Source: Candidatus Ornithoclostridium faecavium
Lineage (GTDB): Bacteria; Bacillota; Clostridia; Christensenellales; UBA3700
Reading direction: 5' to 3'
NCBI GenBank assembly: GCA_018714045.1
Contig: DVNX01000036.1
Coordinates: forward strand, 1-60,968
Length of the DNA: 60,968 bases
Notes under the pieces: model-generated
Databases searched by the model: none
Told to the model about the DNA's origin: nothing
Seen by the model: the letters and a program-made list of their open reading frames with translations, nothing else
Translations under genes and position numbers: made by a program
Shown here: positions 1 to 9,302 of the stretch, in pieces
Layout: each line of letters begins with the position of its first letter
How positions within the stretch are numbered: the first letter of the stretch is position 1

Positions 1-33
1 TGTTTATTAAACGCTGTATTTACAGACAAGATC

Positions 34-62
34 GCGTCGCATGAAAGCGGCGCTTTTTTTCT
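34..62 (+). terminator. Rho-independent terminator of a gene lying upstream of the window
   Basis: GCGTCGC / GCGGCGC hairpin (7 bp, one G-U) with a 6-nt loop, followed by a T8 run. Confidence 0.6.
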
Positions 63-170
63 GTCGGAAGTTGTAAAAATATGTCTGGAAAACGATAATT
101 TTGCGTAGCGTTATACCGCCGCGAGAAGCCGCATATATTATCTCGACGAGAAAAAGCGGAGGTATGAAAT

Positions 171-1097
171 ATGATAATCGTTAAAAAGACTGCGGTGCTT
201 TCGCCGCGCGGAGCGCACGGCGTTTCGGGCGTTGCGAGGTTTGAATGTTTTAAAGAAAAATCTGACGTCAGAATAAATCTGGCAGGCGGAAGAAAAGACT
301 TTTACGCGGTAGTCGCGGTGGGGGACGAAAAGAGGGTGGTAAAACTGAGCGGAGACAGGATATATCTGGCGCGGACAGACCTTACGGGCGACTGCGCGGC
401 TATTGTTGCGGACGGCGAAAAGAGGGTGATATGTGCGGGGGCTACCGTCTGCGGATACGATTTTTCCCCGCTTGAAGAGCTGGTGCCTTCGGCTTTCGGA
501 GAGGGCGTGAAAGTCGGAGACGACAAGTCGGCAGAAGAAAAAGAGACTGTGAAAACAGAGCGCGAAACTGTTGTGAATGAGACGGCAAACACGGAAGAGG
601 TCGCCGCATCCGCTGAAGACGTTTCTTATGTAGAACAAAGCGAAAAAGAGTTAAAAGAAAAGGAAATCGAAGAAAACATAGTCGGTATAAGCGCGGAGGA
701 AACAGACGGTAAAAACACGGAAACTTTAAACGTGAAAGAGACTGAAGCATCTGAAACGGTCTCAGAGAAAGAGCCCTTGAAAGAAGGCAGATTTTTCGAT
801 AAGATATCGGATAAAATAGAAAAGCTTTTCAGCGAAAACGAAAAAGACGAAGAGATGAGCGTTCTTATCCCCGATTCGCGCTGGGCGAGGGTCAGGACAG
901 GCGACGGCTGGTATGTGGTAGGCATAGTCGGGGAGCCTGCGGAATTCATATGCTACGGCATACCCGGCGACGATCCGTCAGACCCGCCCGAAGAGGACGA
1001 GGGTTGCCGCCAGTGGGTCGAGGTAGAAAAAGGAGGCAGAGGTTACTGGATGATGTACCAGTCGGCTGAAAGCGGTGAAACTCTGAGAGCCGTCTGA
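171..1097 (+). CDS. Hypothetical protein: N-terminal globular part, long Glu/Lys/Thr-rich acidic linker, and a conserved-looking C-terminal module (GWYVVGIVGEP..FICYGIPG..GYWMMYQSAESGE)
   Basis: GGAGG Shine-Dalgarno 8 nt upstream of the ATG. Uninterrupted 308-codon ORF flanked by terminators. I cannot assign a family from memory. Confidence 0.6.
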   Translation: MIIVKKTAVLSPRGAHGVSGVARFECFKEKSDVRINLAGGRKDFYAVVAVGDEKRVVKLSGDRIYLARTDLTGDCAAIVADGEKRVICAGATVCGYDFSPLEELVPSAFGEGVKVGDDKSAEEKETVKTERETVVNETANTEEVAASAEDVSYVEQSEKELKEKEIEENIVGISAEETDGKNTETLNVKETEASETVSEKEPLKEGRFFDKISDKIEKLFSENEKDEEMSVLIPDSRWARVRTGDGWYVVGIVGEPAEFICYGIPGDDPSDPPEEDEGCRQWVEVEKGGRGYWMMYQSAESGETLRAV

Positions 1098-1114
1098 ATA
1101 CATTAAAAAGCGTT

Positions 1115-1143
1115 CCGCGCCCGAAAAAGGCGCGGGTTTTTTA
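1115..1143 (+). terminator. Rho-independent terminator
   Basis: CCGCGCC-cgaaaaa-GGCGCGG hairpin followed by a T-run. Confidence 0.75.
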
Positions 1144-1208
1144 TTCTACGTTTTTAAGTTTAATGTGTAAAATGTAGGTAATAACTGCGGGGCGTGACTT
1201 GTTTGAGA

Positions 1209-1237
1209 TTGACAAAGCTTTCGCACGCGCATAAAAT
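1209..1237 (+). promoter_or_regulatory. Sigma-A-like promoter for the ABC exporter gene
   Basis: TTGACA, 17-nt spacer, TAAAAT, about 25 nt upstream of the AAGGAGA SD. Confidence 0.5.
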
Positions 1238-1262
1238 GAGAGTGCTTAAAGGAGATACTCGC

Positions 1263-3671
1263 ATGCTGAAATTAGAAGGAATCACAAAAGATTACAAGTC
1301 GGGCGACGGGGTCGTCCACGCGCTTAAAGGGATAAATCTTGAATTCCGCCGTACCGAATTCGTGTCCATACTCGGACACAGCGGTTGCGGTAAGACGACT
1401 ATGCTCAATATCATAGGCGGTCTGGACAGGTACACGGACGGCGATATGTCGATCGACGGCGTATCAACGAAAAAATACAAGGACGTGGACTGGGATACGT
1501 ACCGCAACATAAGGATAGGTTTCGTTTTTCAGAGTTACAATCTCATTCAGCATCTCACTATACTCGATAACGTCGCTATGGCGATGACCCTTTCGGGCGT
1601 CGGTCTTGCAGAACGCAAAAGGAGGGCGGAAGAAGCTCTGCGTATCGTCGGGTTGGAAGGGCAGATGAAAAAGCTTCCCAACCAGCTTTCGGGCGGTCAG
1701 ATGCAGAGAGTGTCTATCGCGCGCGCCATCGTAAACAATCCCGAAATAATCCTTGCGGACGAACCTACGGGCGCTCTCGACAGCGCGACCAGCGTGCAGA
1801 TAATGGAGCTTCTCAAAGAGATATCCCGCACCAAGCTGGTCATAATGGTAACGCATAACCGCGAACTTGCGGAGCAGTATTCTACCCGTATCGTCAGCGT
1901 AAAGGACGGCGAGATAGTCGGCGATACTATGCCTTACGACGGCAGCGACGAATCGAGCACCGAAAAGAAAGTCGAATTCGAAGTCACAGATAAGGAAAAG
2001 AAAAAGAAGCTGAAAAAGTCGTCGATGAGTTATTCGACCGCGATAAAGCTTTCTTTTAAGAACCTGATGACCAAGAAGGGCAGAACGCTTATGACGTCTA
2101 TCGCGGGCAGCATAGGTATTATCGGCGTATGTCTCGTTCTCGCGATCTCAAACGGTTTTTCCAATTACGTCAACGAGCTTCAGCAGACGGTTCTTGCGGG
2201 TTACCCTGTGCAGATAGCGCAGGAAACGTTCGATACCAACGTTCTTCTGAATATGTTTATGGGCGGCACCTCGGGCAGCGACGGCAGGACGCAGTATCCC
2301 GATAAAGATACCGTAATTCAGTATAATCCTTCAGAGATGATATCGAGCGCGGTCATAGAAAACGACTTCGGACAGGATTACATAGATTACGTAAACAAGG
2401 TAAAGGAAAACGGTTGGGCGAGCAGCGTGACCTATTCTTACGGCATGGATATGACCGTTATAGGCAAAACGGTAAACGTTCTCGGCACGGAGAATTATGA
2501 AAAAGTCAATCCGAGCGGAGGCTTCGATATGTCCGGACTTATCGTCCCGAAGGCTGATATCGGATGGAGCGAAATGATAGGCGACGAAGAATTTATAATG
2601 AGTCAGTACGACCTCGTCGCGGGAACGTTCCCTCAGAATAAAAACCAGGTGATTCTCGTCGTCGACTCTTACAACCAGGCTAACGTCAGCGTACTGCTGG
2701 GTCTCGGATTCAGAAGTTCGCAGAAAGAGGTGAGTTTTGACGATATCGTCGGCACGAAATTGAGAGTTGTCGCCAACGACGATCTTTATGTGGAGGGCGA
2801 AAACGGCTTTTTTGCGGAAAAGACGGACAACGCGGCGCTTAAAGAACTTTATCTTGCGCCCGAAAGCGAAACCAATCTCGAAATAGAGGTCGTCGGCGTA
2901 TTGAGACCTAAAGAGGGAACGCAGCTTGCGCTTTTGTCTACCGGAATAAACTATACAAGCGAACTTACGCAGTATCTTCTCGACGTGAATTCGAAGTCGC
3001 GCATCGTAGAAGCGCAGTCGGCTAACACCTCAACCGACGTTACGACTGGCATGCCTTTTACCGAAAAAGACACTTACCGCAAAGCTATGCAGAAAATAGG
3101 CGGAGACAGCACTCCCACGGGCATGAACATATACCCCAAAGATTTCAGCGGCAAAGAAAAGATAATTGCATACCTCGATCAGTGGAATGCGGACAATCCC
3201 GACAGCGAAGTCGTCTACGTCGATATGTCTGAGATGGCTGCCGGCATGCTCAACGAGATAATCAGGATAATTTCGATAGTCCTCGTATGCTTCGCCGCGA
3301 TATCCCTCGTCGTCTCGTCTGTAATGATAGGTATAATTACTTACGTTTCGGTCGTAGAAAGGACGAAGGAGATAGGTATATTGAGAAGCCTCGGCGCGCG
3401 CAAGATAGACATATCCAACGTATTTAACGCAGAGACCTTTATAATCGGACTTCTGGCAGGCGTTATCGGCGTCATCGTCACATATATACTCAGCATACCG
3501 ATAAACCTCATCATATACAATCTGGTTGAGATAAGCACGCTTTGTATGCTGTCGCCGTGGCATGCGCTGATAATGATAGTCGTCAGCTTCGTTCTTACCC
3601 TTGTCGCCGGACTCGTACCGTCTTCCGTTGCGGCGAAGAAAGACCCTGTCGAGGCTCTGAGAACGGAATAA
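1263..3671 (+). CDS. Fused ABC transporter ATP-binding/permease protein, MacB/FtsX type
   Basis: N-terminal Walker A GHSGCGKTT, signature LSGGQMQR and Walker B ILADEPTGALD. C-terminal FtsX-like 4-TM permease with a large extracytoplasmic domain (TKEIGILRSLGARK). Start moved to the ATG at 1263 behind AAGGAGA; the track ORF starts at a GTG at 1194. Confidence 0.9.
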   Translation: MLKLEGITKDYKSGDGVVHALKGINLEFRRTEFVSILGHSGCGKTTMLNIIGGLDRYTDGDMSIDGVSTKKYKDVDWDTYRNIRIGFVFQSYNLIQHLTILDNVAMAMTLSGVGLAERKRRAEEALRIVGLEGQMKKLPNQLSGGQMQRVSIARAIVNNPEIILADEPTGALDSATSVQIMELLKEISRTKLVIMVTHNRELAEQYSTRIVSVKDGEIVGDTMPYDGSDESSTEKKVEFEVTDKEKKKKLKKSSMSYSTAIKLSFKNLMTKKGRTLMTSIAGSIGIIGVCLVLAISNGFSNYVNELQQTVLAGYPVQIAQETFDTNVLLNMFMGGTSGSDGRTQYPDKDTVIQYNPSEMISSAVIENDFGQDYIDYVNKVKENGWASSVTYSYGMDMTVIGKTVNVLGTENYEKVNPSGGFDMSGLIVPKADIGWSEMIGDEEFIMSQYDLVAGTFPQNKNQVILVVDSYNQANVSVLLGLGFRSSQKEVSFDDIVGTKLRVVANDDLYVEGENGFFAEKTDNAALKELYLAPESETNLEIEVVGVLRPKEGTQLALLSTGINYTSELTQYLLDVNSKSRIVEAQSANTSTDVTTGMPFTEKDTYRKAMQKIGGDSTPTGMNIYPKDFSGKEKIIAYLDQWNADNPDSEVVYVDMSEMAAGMLNEIIRIISIVLVCFAAISLVVSSVMIGIITYVSVVERTKEIGILRSLGARKIDISNVFNAETFIIGLLAGVIGVIVTYILSIPINLIIYNLVEISTLCMLSPWHALIMIVVSFVLTLVAGLVPSSVAAKKDPVEALRTE

Positions 3672-3770
3672 CGGCTGTTATCGACTGAATTCGCCTTATC
3701 GGCGCGTAACAAGCGTATCGGAAAATATCCTTACCGCTCGGCTTTAATTTAAAACTTTAAATGTTAATCA

Positions 3771-3814
3771 ATCGGCATTCTTTCCGCAAAGTACGGCAAG
3801 GGTGCCGATTTTAT
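3771..3814 (+). terminator. Rho-independent terminator (long hairpin)
   Basis: About 16-bp stem ATCGGCATTCTTTCCG / CGGCAAGGGTGCCGAT (one mismatch, two G-U pairs), 7-nt loop, then TTTTA. Confidence 0.65.
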
Positions 3815-3876
3815 AAAATTCAGTTTTACAAAATACTCGGAAAGTTAAAAAAATAGTCAAAACGTGCGTCAAGTGT

Positions 3877-3905
3877 TTGCCATTTTAAGTATCATTATAT
3901 ATAAT
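3877..3905 (+). promoter_or_regulatory. Sigma-A-like promoter for glnN-alaS
   Basis: TTGCCA, 17-nt spacer, TATAAT. Confidence 0.5.
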
Positions 3906-3942
3906 AAGGTTGACTGAAATAGGTCGTTATCCGGAGACTGAT

Positions 3943-6063
3943 ATGAGAATTACAGAAAGCAAAAAGATCACTGATTTTTTCGGCTGCCACGTTTTTAACG
4001 ACAGCGTTATGAAAAAGTATCTGTCTGAAGATACTTACAAGGAATTAAAGGAAGTCATCGATTCGGGAAAACCGCTTGAAAAGGAACTCGCGAACAAAGT
4101 CGCGGAGGCTATGAAGGAATGGAGCTGTGAAAACGGCGCAACTCACTATACTCACTGGTTCCAGCCTCTCACGGGCACGACCGCGGAAAAACACGACAGC
4201 TTTATTTCGATAGACAAGCAGGGCAACCCGATACTCGAATTTACGGGCAGCAATCTGCGCAAAGGCGAAGCGGACGCGTCCAGCTTTCCGTCGGGCGGCA
4301 TAAGGGCGACTTTCGAAGCGCGCGGATATACAGCGTGGGACTGTTCGTCTCCCGCATTCATCAAAAAGCCTAAGGACGGCGCGGGCGTTCTGTGCATACC
4401 TACTGCGTTCTGTTCATATACGGGCGAAGCTCTCGATAAAAAGACCCCGCTTCTCAAATCAATGGAAGCGATAAACAAAGAGGGATTGAGACTTCTTAAA
4501 ATACTCGGCATCGAAGCCAACAGGGTCATCGCCAACGTCGGCGGGGAGCAGGAATACTTCCTGGTCGATAAAAAGGATTTCGATAAGAGATACGACCTTG
4601 AGTTTACGGGAAGGACGCTTTTCGGCGCAATGCCCCCCAAAGGTCAGGAGAAGAACGACCAGTATTACGCCAGCATACGCGACAGAGTCAGCGACTTTAT
4701 GGCAGATCTCAACGAAGAGCTGTGGAAACTGGGCATTACCGCTAAAACGCAGCATAACGAGGTAGCGCCCGCTCAGCACGAGCTTGCGCCGATATTCTGT
4801 CAGGCAAATATCGCGACGGATCAGAACCAGCTCATAATGGAAACGATGAAAAAGGTCGCGGATCAGAGAGGTTTAGCCTGCCTGTTGCACGAAAAACCGT
4901 TCGCGGGAATAAACGGCAGCGGCAAGCATTGCAACTATTCTCTCGGCACGGATACGGGGCTTAATCTGCTAAAGCCGGGCAGCAATCCCGCGGAAAACAA
5001 GGTGTTCCTTCTGTTCTTCCTCGCGGTTATAGCGGGAGTGGACGAATATTACGACCTGCTCAGAATGAGCGCGTCAAGCCTTGGTAACGATTACAGACTG
5101 GGCGGACACGAGGCTCCTCCTTCTATAATTTCGGTATTTATCGGCGGGGATATGCAGACCCTACTCGACGATATCAGCGAAGGGCACACTATAGCCAGCG
5201 CGACGAAACAGTATATAAACATGGGTGTGAACTACGTAGCTCAGCTTAAGAAGGACACGTCCGACCGCAACCGTACGTCTCCGTTCGCGTTCACGGGCAA
5301 TAAGTTCGAATTCAGAATGGTCGGAAGCTCCGCGACTCTGTCGACGCCGACTCTCATTATGAACGCGATGACTGCCGAAATGATATCCAGAATGGCGGAC
5401 GTCCTCGAAAACGTACCCAAAAAGGATCTCGACAAGGCGATAAACCAACTGGTCAAGACCACATACAACGAACATAAGAGAATAATATTCAACGGCAACA
5501 ACTACAGCAGAGAGTGGGCGAAAGAGGCTAAAAAGCGCGGACTCGACACCGCGACCAACAGCGTGGACGCTTACGAGGCGATGACGAAGCCCAAGAATAT
5601 GGAACTCTTCTTAAAGCACAACCTGCTTTCCGTCAAGGAGATGGAGAGCCGCCGCGCAATATATCTCGACAACTACGTAAAGAGCGCGAATATAGAGGCG
5701 GAGACCGCGCTTCTGATGGCGAGGAATCAGATTTTGCCCGCAGTTATGAGATGGCAGTACACTCTCGCGAAGCAGATAAACGAGATAAGCAAAGTCGATC
5801 CCGACCTCGCGGTCGTTCAGAGATCGATGCTTAAGAACGTAAGCGCTCTCGTGAAGGGACTGAAAGACAATATCGACGCGCTTCAGACGGCAAAAGACGG
5901 CGCGTTCGCGGCGACCGACAGCAAAAAGCAGGCTATACTTTTCCGTGACAGAGTTAAACTGGTCATGGAAAAACTCAGAGATTACGCCGATAAGCTGGAA
6001 AGCATCACTCCTCAGGAGATGTGGCCTTTCCCGACTTATGCGGACATACTTTTCTACGAATAA
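3943..6063 (+). CDS. glnN: Glutamine synthetase, type III
   Basis: About 706 aa. The N-terminus MRITESKKITDFFGCHVFNDSVMKKYL and the overall size and sequence are typical of GSIII. GGAG SD before the ATG at 3943; the track ORF begins at a TTG at 3910. Confidence 0.9.
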   Translation: MRITESKKITDFFGCHVFNDSVMKKYLSEDTYKELKEVIDSGKPLEKELANKVAEAMKEWSCENGATHYTHWFQPLTGTTAEKHDSFISIDKQGNPILEFTGSNLRKGEADASSFPSGGIRATFEARGYTAWDCSSPAFIKKPKDGAGVLCIPTAFCSYTGEALDKKTPLLKSMEAINKEGLRLLKILGIEANRVIANVGGEQEYFLVDKKDFDKRYDLEFTGRTLFGAMPPKGQEKNDQYYASIRDRVSDFMADLNEELWKLGITAKTQHNEVAPAQHELAPIFCQANIATDQNQLIMETMKKVADQRGLACLLHEKPFAGINGSGKHCNYSLGTDTGLNLLKPGSNPAENKVFLLFFLAVIAGVDEYYDLLRMSASSLGNDYRLGGHEAPPSIISVFIGGDMQTLLDDISEGHTIASATKQYINMGVNYVAQLKKDTSDRNRTSPFAFTGNKFEFRMVGSSATLSTPTLIMNAMTAEMISRMADVLENVPKKDLDKAINQLVKTTYNEHKRIIFNGNNYSREWAKEAKKRGLDTATNSVDAYEAMTKPKNMELFLKHNLLSVKEMESRRAIYLDNYVKSANIEAETALLMARNQILPAVMRWQYTLAKQINEISKVDPDLAVVQRSMLKNVSALVKGLKDNIDALQTAKDGAFAATDSKKQAILFRDRVKLVMEKLRDYADKLESITPQEMWPFPTYADILFYE

Positions 6064-6081
6064 AAAAGAGGTATTTATATT

Positions 6082-7869
6082 ATGAAAAAGTTGACGTCAG
6101 AGCAACTGAGATCGAGTTATCTCGAATTTTTCAAAGAACGCGGACACGCAATAATACCGTCCGCTTCGCTGATCCCCGAAAACGACCCGTCGGTACTTTT
6201 CACGACCGCGGGCATGCACCCGCTCGTTCCTTACCTTCTCGGTCAGAAGCATCCTGCGGGAAAACGCCTTACCGACGTGCAGAAATGCGTGCGTACGGGC
6301 GATATCGACGAGGTAGGCGACGCAACGCACCTTACTTTCTTCGAGATGCTGGGCAACTGGTCTCTCGGCGATTATTTCAAGGAAGAGTCGATAGGTTTTT
6401 CCTTTGATTTTCTTACCAAGGTGCTTGAGATCCCCGTCGAAAAGATAGCGGTAACAGTATTCGCTGGCGACGAGGATTGCCCCAGAGACACCGTTGCGGC
6501 AAGCGTATGGGAAAAGCACGGCATACCCAAGGACAGGATATTCTACCTGCCAAAAAAGAACAACTGGTGGTACGCCGGCGCGACAGGTCCCTGCGGCAGC
6601 GATACCGAAATATTTATAGATACGGGCAAGCCTGCTTGTTCCGATCACTGCGATCCGTCCTGCGACTGCGGCAAGTGGGTAGAGATATGGAACAACGTGT
6701 TTATGGAATTCAACCGTAACGCGGACGGCAAGTTCGAGCCTCTCAAGCAGAAGAACGTCGATACGGGCATGGGCTTGGAGCGTACGGTCTGCATGATAAA
6801 CGGACTTAAGAGCGCGTACGAGACAGATCTTTTCGCCGACGTCATCGCAAAGATATCCGCTGAAAGCGGCAAGAAGTACGGAGAGAACGAAGAAGATACC
6901 AGAGCGATAAGAATAATTGCAGACCATATCCGTACCGCAACCTTCCTTATCGGCGACGAGCGCGGAGTAGTTCCGTCCAACGTGGATCAGGGTTACGTTC
7001 TCCGCCGTCTTATCAGAAGAAGCGTAAGATTTGCAAAGAGAATAGGCTTTGACAGCACTAAGCTGGTCGAACTGGCAAAGATATATATTGAAAAGTATAA
7101 GAACGTTTATCCTGAACTTGAGATCAACGCGGCTAAGATAGTCGATGAACTGACTAAGGAAGAGGAGCGTTTCTCCAAGACCCTCGAAAACGGACTTAAA
7201 GAGATAGAAAAGGTTCTCAAATACGTGCAGGGCGACAAGCTGAACGGCAAGACCGCTTTCAGACTGTACGACACTTTCGGTTTCCCGATAGAGATGACAG
7301 AAGAGATATGCAGAGAGCGCGGCTTCGGCGTGGACAAAGAAGGTTACGACAAGGCTTTTGAAGAGCATCAGAAAAAGTCTCAGGCGGGCGCTGAACAGAA
7401 ATTCAAGGGAGGCCTTGCCGATACCTCAAAGAGGACAACTTATCTTCATACTGCTACGCACCTGCTTCTCGGCTGCCTGAAGAAGGTTCTCGGAAGAGAC
7501 GATATCCAGCAGAAGGGCAGCAATATCACCGCTGAAAGACTTCGTTTCGACTTTAATTTCGACAGACCTCTTACAGAGGAAGAGAAACAGGCTGTTGAAG
7601 ATGCGGTAAACGATGCTATAAAGAGAGATATCCCCGTCGTATGCGAAGAGATGACCGTCGAACAGGCACGCGAACAGAATGCGGTCGGCGTATTCGGCAG
7701 CAGATACGGCGAGATGGTCAAAGTCTATACGATAGGCGACGTCGACAAAGAGATCTGCGGCGGACCTCACGCAGAACATACGGGTCAGCTTGTACATTTC
7801 AGAATTCTCAAAGAACAGTCTTCGAGCGCGGGCGTTCGCCGTATCAAAGCGACCATTGACGCGGAGTAA
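6082..7869 (+). CDS. alaS: Alanine--tRNA ligase, unusually short form (595 aa) with catalytic domain, tRNA-recognition domain and minimal editing core, and no C-Ala domain
   Basis: N-terminus SYLEFFKERGHAIIPSASLIPENDPSVLFTTAGMHPLVPY is classic AlaRS. Editing motifs HTATH (aa 456-460) and CGGPH (aa 559-563) are present. The ORF stops about 30 aa after the second motif. Confidence 0.9.
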   Translation: MKKLTSEQLRSSYLEFFKERGHAIIPSASLIPENDPSVLFTTAGMHPLVPYLLGQKHPAGKRLTDVQKCVRTGDIDEVGDATHLTFFEMLGNWSLGDYFKEESIGFSFDFLTKVLEIPVEKIAVTVFAGDEDCPRDTVAASVWEKHGIPKDRIFYLPKKNNWWYAGATGPCGSDTEIFIDTGKPACSDHCDPSCDCGKWVEIWNNVFMEFNRNADGKFEPLKQKNVDTGMGLERTVCMINGLKSAYETDLFADVIAKISAESGKKYGENEEDTRAIRIIADHIRTATFLIGDERGVVPSNVDQGYVLRRLIRRSVRFAKRIGFDSTKLVELAKIYIEKYKNVYPELEINAAKIVDELTKEEERFSKTLENGLKEIEKVLKYVQGDKLNGKTAFRLYDTFGFPIEMTEEICRERGFGVDKEGYDKAFEEHQKKSQAGAEQKFKGGLADTSKRTTYLHTATHLLLGCLKKVLGRDDIQQKGSNITAERLRFDFNFDRPLTEEEKQAVEDAVNDAIKRDIPVVCEEMTVEQAREQNAVGVFGSRYGEMVKVYTIGDVDKEICGGPHAEHTGQLVHFRILKEQSSSAGVRRIKATIDAE

Positions 7870-7888
7870 AAGACTAAATATGAAATGA

Positions 7889-7917
7889 AAACCGCCGTTT
7901 GATACGGCGGTTTTTTT
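7889..7917 (+). terminator. Rho-independent terminator of glnN-alaS
   Basis: ACCGCCG-tttgata-CGGCGGT hairpin followed by T7. Confidence 0.85.
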
Positions 7918-7934
7918 GTGAAAATTCGGTAAAA

Positions 7935-8171
7935 TTATAAATTAAATGAATTTTTAAGATATTGTATCAGAACTATTGCAGTTTCTTTGTTTAAATGGAG
8001 AACTTGACTTTGCTTTCCTTTATCTTTTCTGTCTTCGCTTCCAAAAGTTTGTATTCTAACATACTTTTCACCTTTAAATAAATAATCGTTATAAAGTGCT
8101 TCACAATTCGTTAACCGATTTTTCATTTGGTATTCTTCATTGCTTTTAGATATTTTTGTTATTATTGCCAT
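7935..8171 (-). CDS. Small hypothetical protein (78 aa) in an AT-rich islet
   Basis: Strong AAGGAG SD 7 nt upstream of the ATG. The ORF sits in a stretch much more AT-rich than its flanks. No family recognised. Confidence 0.55.
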   Translation of the reverse strand: MAIITKISKSNEEYQMKNRLTNCEALYNDYLFKGEKYVRIQTFGSEDRKDKGKQSQVLHLNKETAIVLIQYLKNSFNL

Positions 8172-8280
8172 AATTACTCCTTTTTATATAACAATTTTGT
8201 AAATTCGAACATAGATAATATATCATTTAATTCAATTAAAATCAATATGCATAACGGTAAATTTTACAAAAAATATAAAT

Positions 8281-8312
8281 AAAAAACGGACGGATAATTC
8301 CGTCCGTTTTTT
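8281..8312. terminator. Bidirectional rho-independent terminator (ends asnA on the minus strand)
   Basis: ACGGACGG-ataatt-CCGTCCGT perfect 8-bp stem flanked by an A-run and a T-run. Confidence 0.8.
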
Positions 8313-8329
8313 ATTTGAGTTTATAAACG

Positions 8330-9301
8330 TTACAGCAAGGTTATGCCTTGTTTTTTGCAGTCTTCTATCATTTCCTGAGGCCATATTGATGCCTGAACTT
8401 CGCCGATATGGCGTTTGCCGAGAAGGAACATGCAAAGTCTCGACTGACCTATTCCGCCGCCGATAGTAAGCGGAAGCTTTTCTTCGATAAGAGCTTTGTG
8501 GAACGGGTATTCCAGCCTCTGAAGCTGACCTTCTTCGGTGAGCTGACGGATAAGAGAGTCCTTGTCAACGCGGATGCCCATAGAGGATATCTCGAAAGCT
8601 CTGTCGAGTACGGGGTAGTACAGCACGATATCGCCGTTTAACGCCCAGTCGTCGTAGTCGGGAGCTCTGCCGTCGTGCTTCTTGCCGCTTTTGAGTTTGC
8701 CGCCTATCTGCATGAGGAACATCGCGCCGCATTTTCTTACGAATTCGGTCTCTCTCTGAGAGGGAGCGAGATCGGGGTACATATCTTCGAGTTCCTGCGT
8801 GGTAACAAAGGTTATCTTGTCGGGAAGAGAGGTCGTCTTTTCGCCGAAATGTCCCTGAAGCGCGTTCATGCACTCTTTGAGCGCTTCGTATATCTTTTCT
8901 ACGGTCGCTTTCAGGTATTCGGGATTTCTGTCCTCGCGGTTTATAACTTTTTCCCAGTCCCACTGGTCTACGTAAAGCGAATGAAGATTGTCGCATACCT
9001 CGTCGCGACGGATGGCGTTCATGTCGGTATAGAGACCGCTGTCGGGTTCGAAGCCGTATTCGTGAAGAGCGAACCTCTTCCATTTAGCGAGGCTGTGCAC
9101 GACTTCTGCGACCTTGCCTGTCTGCTTTATGTCGAAAGATACGGGGCGTTCCACGCCGTTGAGGTTGTCGTTGAGTCCGCTTTCTTCGAGTACGAAAAGG
9201 GGCGCCGAAACGCGCGTAAGGTTGAGCTTTGAAGCGAGAAGGCGCTCAAAGCTGTCCTTTAGATATTTTATTTTGATTTCGGTTTCGAGAAGTCCGGTCA
9301 T
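8330..9301 (-). CDS. asnA: Aspartate--ammonia ligase (asparagine synthetase A)
   Basis: Full-length similarity to AsnA (class II aaRS-like fold; [10 protein letters not shown].., [20 protein letters not shown]). The ATG at 9301 lies 1 nt after the purF stop; the track ORF starts at a TTG at 9310. Confidence 0.9.
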   Translation of the reverse strand: MTGLLETEIKIKYLKDSFERLLASKLNLTRVSAPLFVLEESGLNDNLNGVERPVSFDIKQTGKVAEVVHSLAKWKRFALHEYGFEPDSGLYTDMNAIRRDEVCDNLHSLYVDQWDWEKVINREDRNPEYLKATVEKIYEALKECMNALQGHFGEKTTSLPDKITFVTTQELEDMYPDLAPSQRETEFVRKCGAMFLMQIGGKLKSGKKHDGRAPDYDDWALNGDIVLYYPVLDRAFEISSMGIRVDKDSLIRQLTEEGQLQRLEYPFHKALIEEKLPLTIGGGIGQSRLCMFLLGKRHIGEVQASIWPQEMIEDCKKQGITLL

Positions 9302-9302
9302 A

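Noticed and set aside
1194-1262. N-terminal extensions of track ORFs, for example 1194 (ABC), 3910 (glnN), 9310 (asnA), 10766 (purF), 20752 (nanK), 22689 (nanH), 36005 (pmbA), 37717 (iolJ), 38595 (iolC), 47908 (MPP), 52441 (gerA) and 55012 (gerC)
   Set aside because: In each case an internal ATG or GTG preceded by a good SD coincides with the conserved N-terminus of the family. The extension is Arg-rich junk or overlaps the upstream gene.
6021-6407. 128-aa plus-strand ORF bridging the glnN end and the alaS start
   Set aside because: It is out of frame with and overlaps two strongly supported genes, and its product is Arg-rich low complexity.
6097-7368. 423-aa minus-strand ORF; also 9468-10736 plus (422 aa), 15391-16485 minus (364 aa) and 52573-53826 minus (417 aa)
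   Set aside because: These are antisense shadows of alaS, purF, carB-dapF and the gerA-family gene respectively. All are codon-aligned and none has an identifiable domain.
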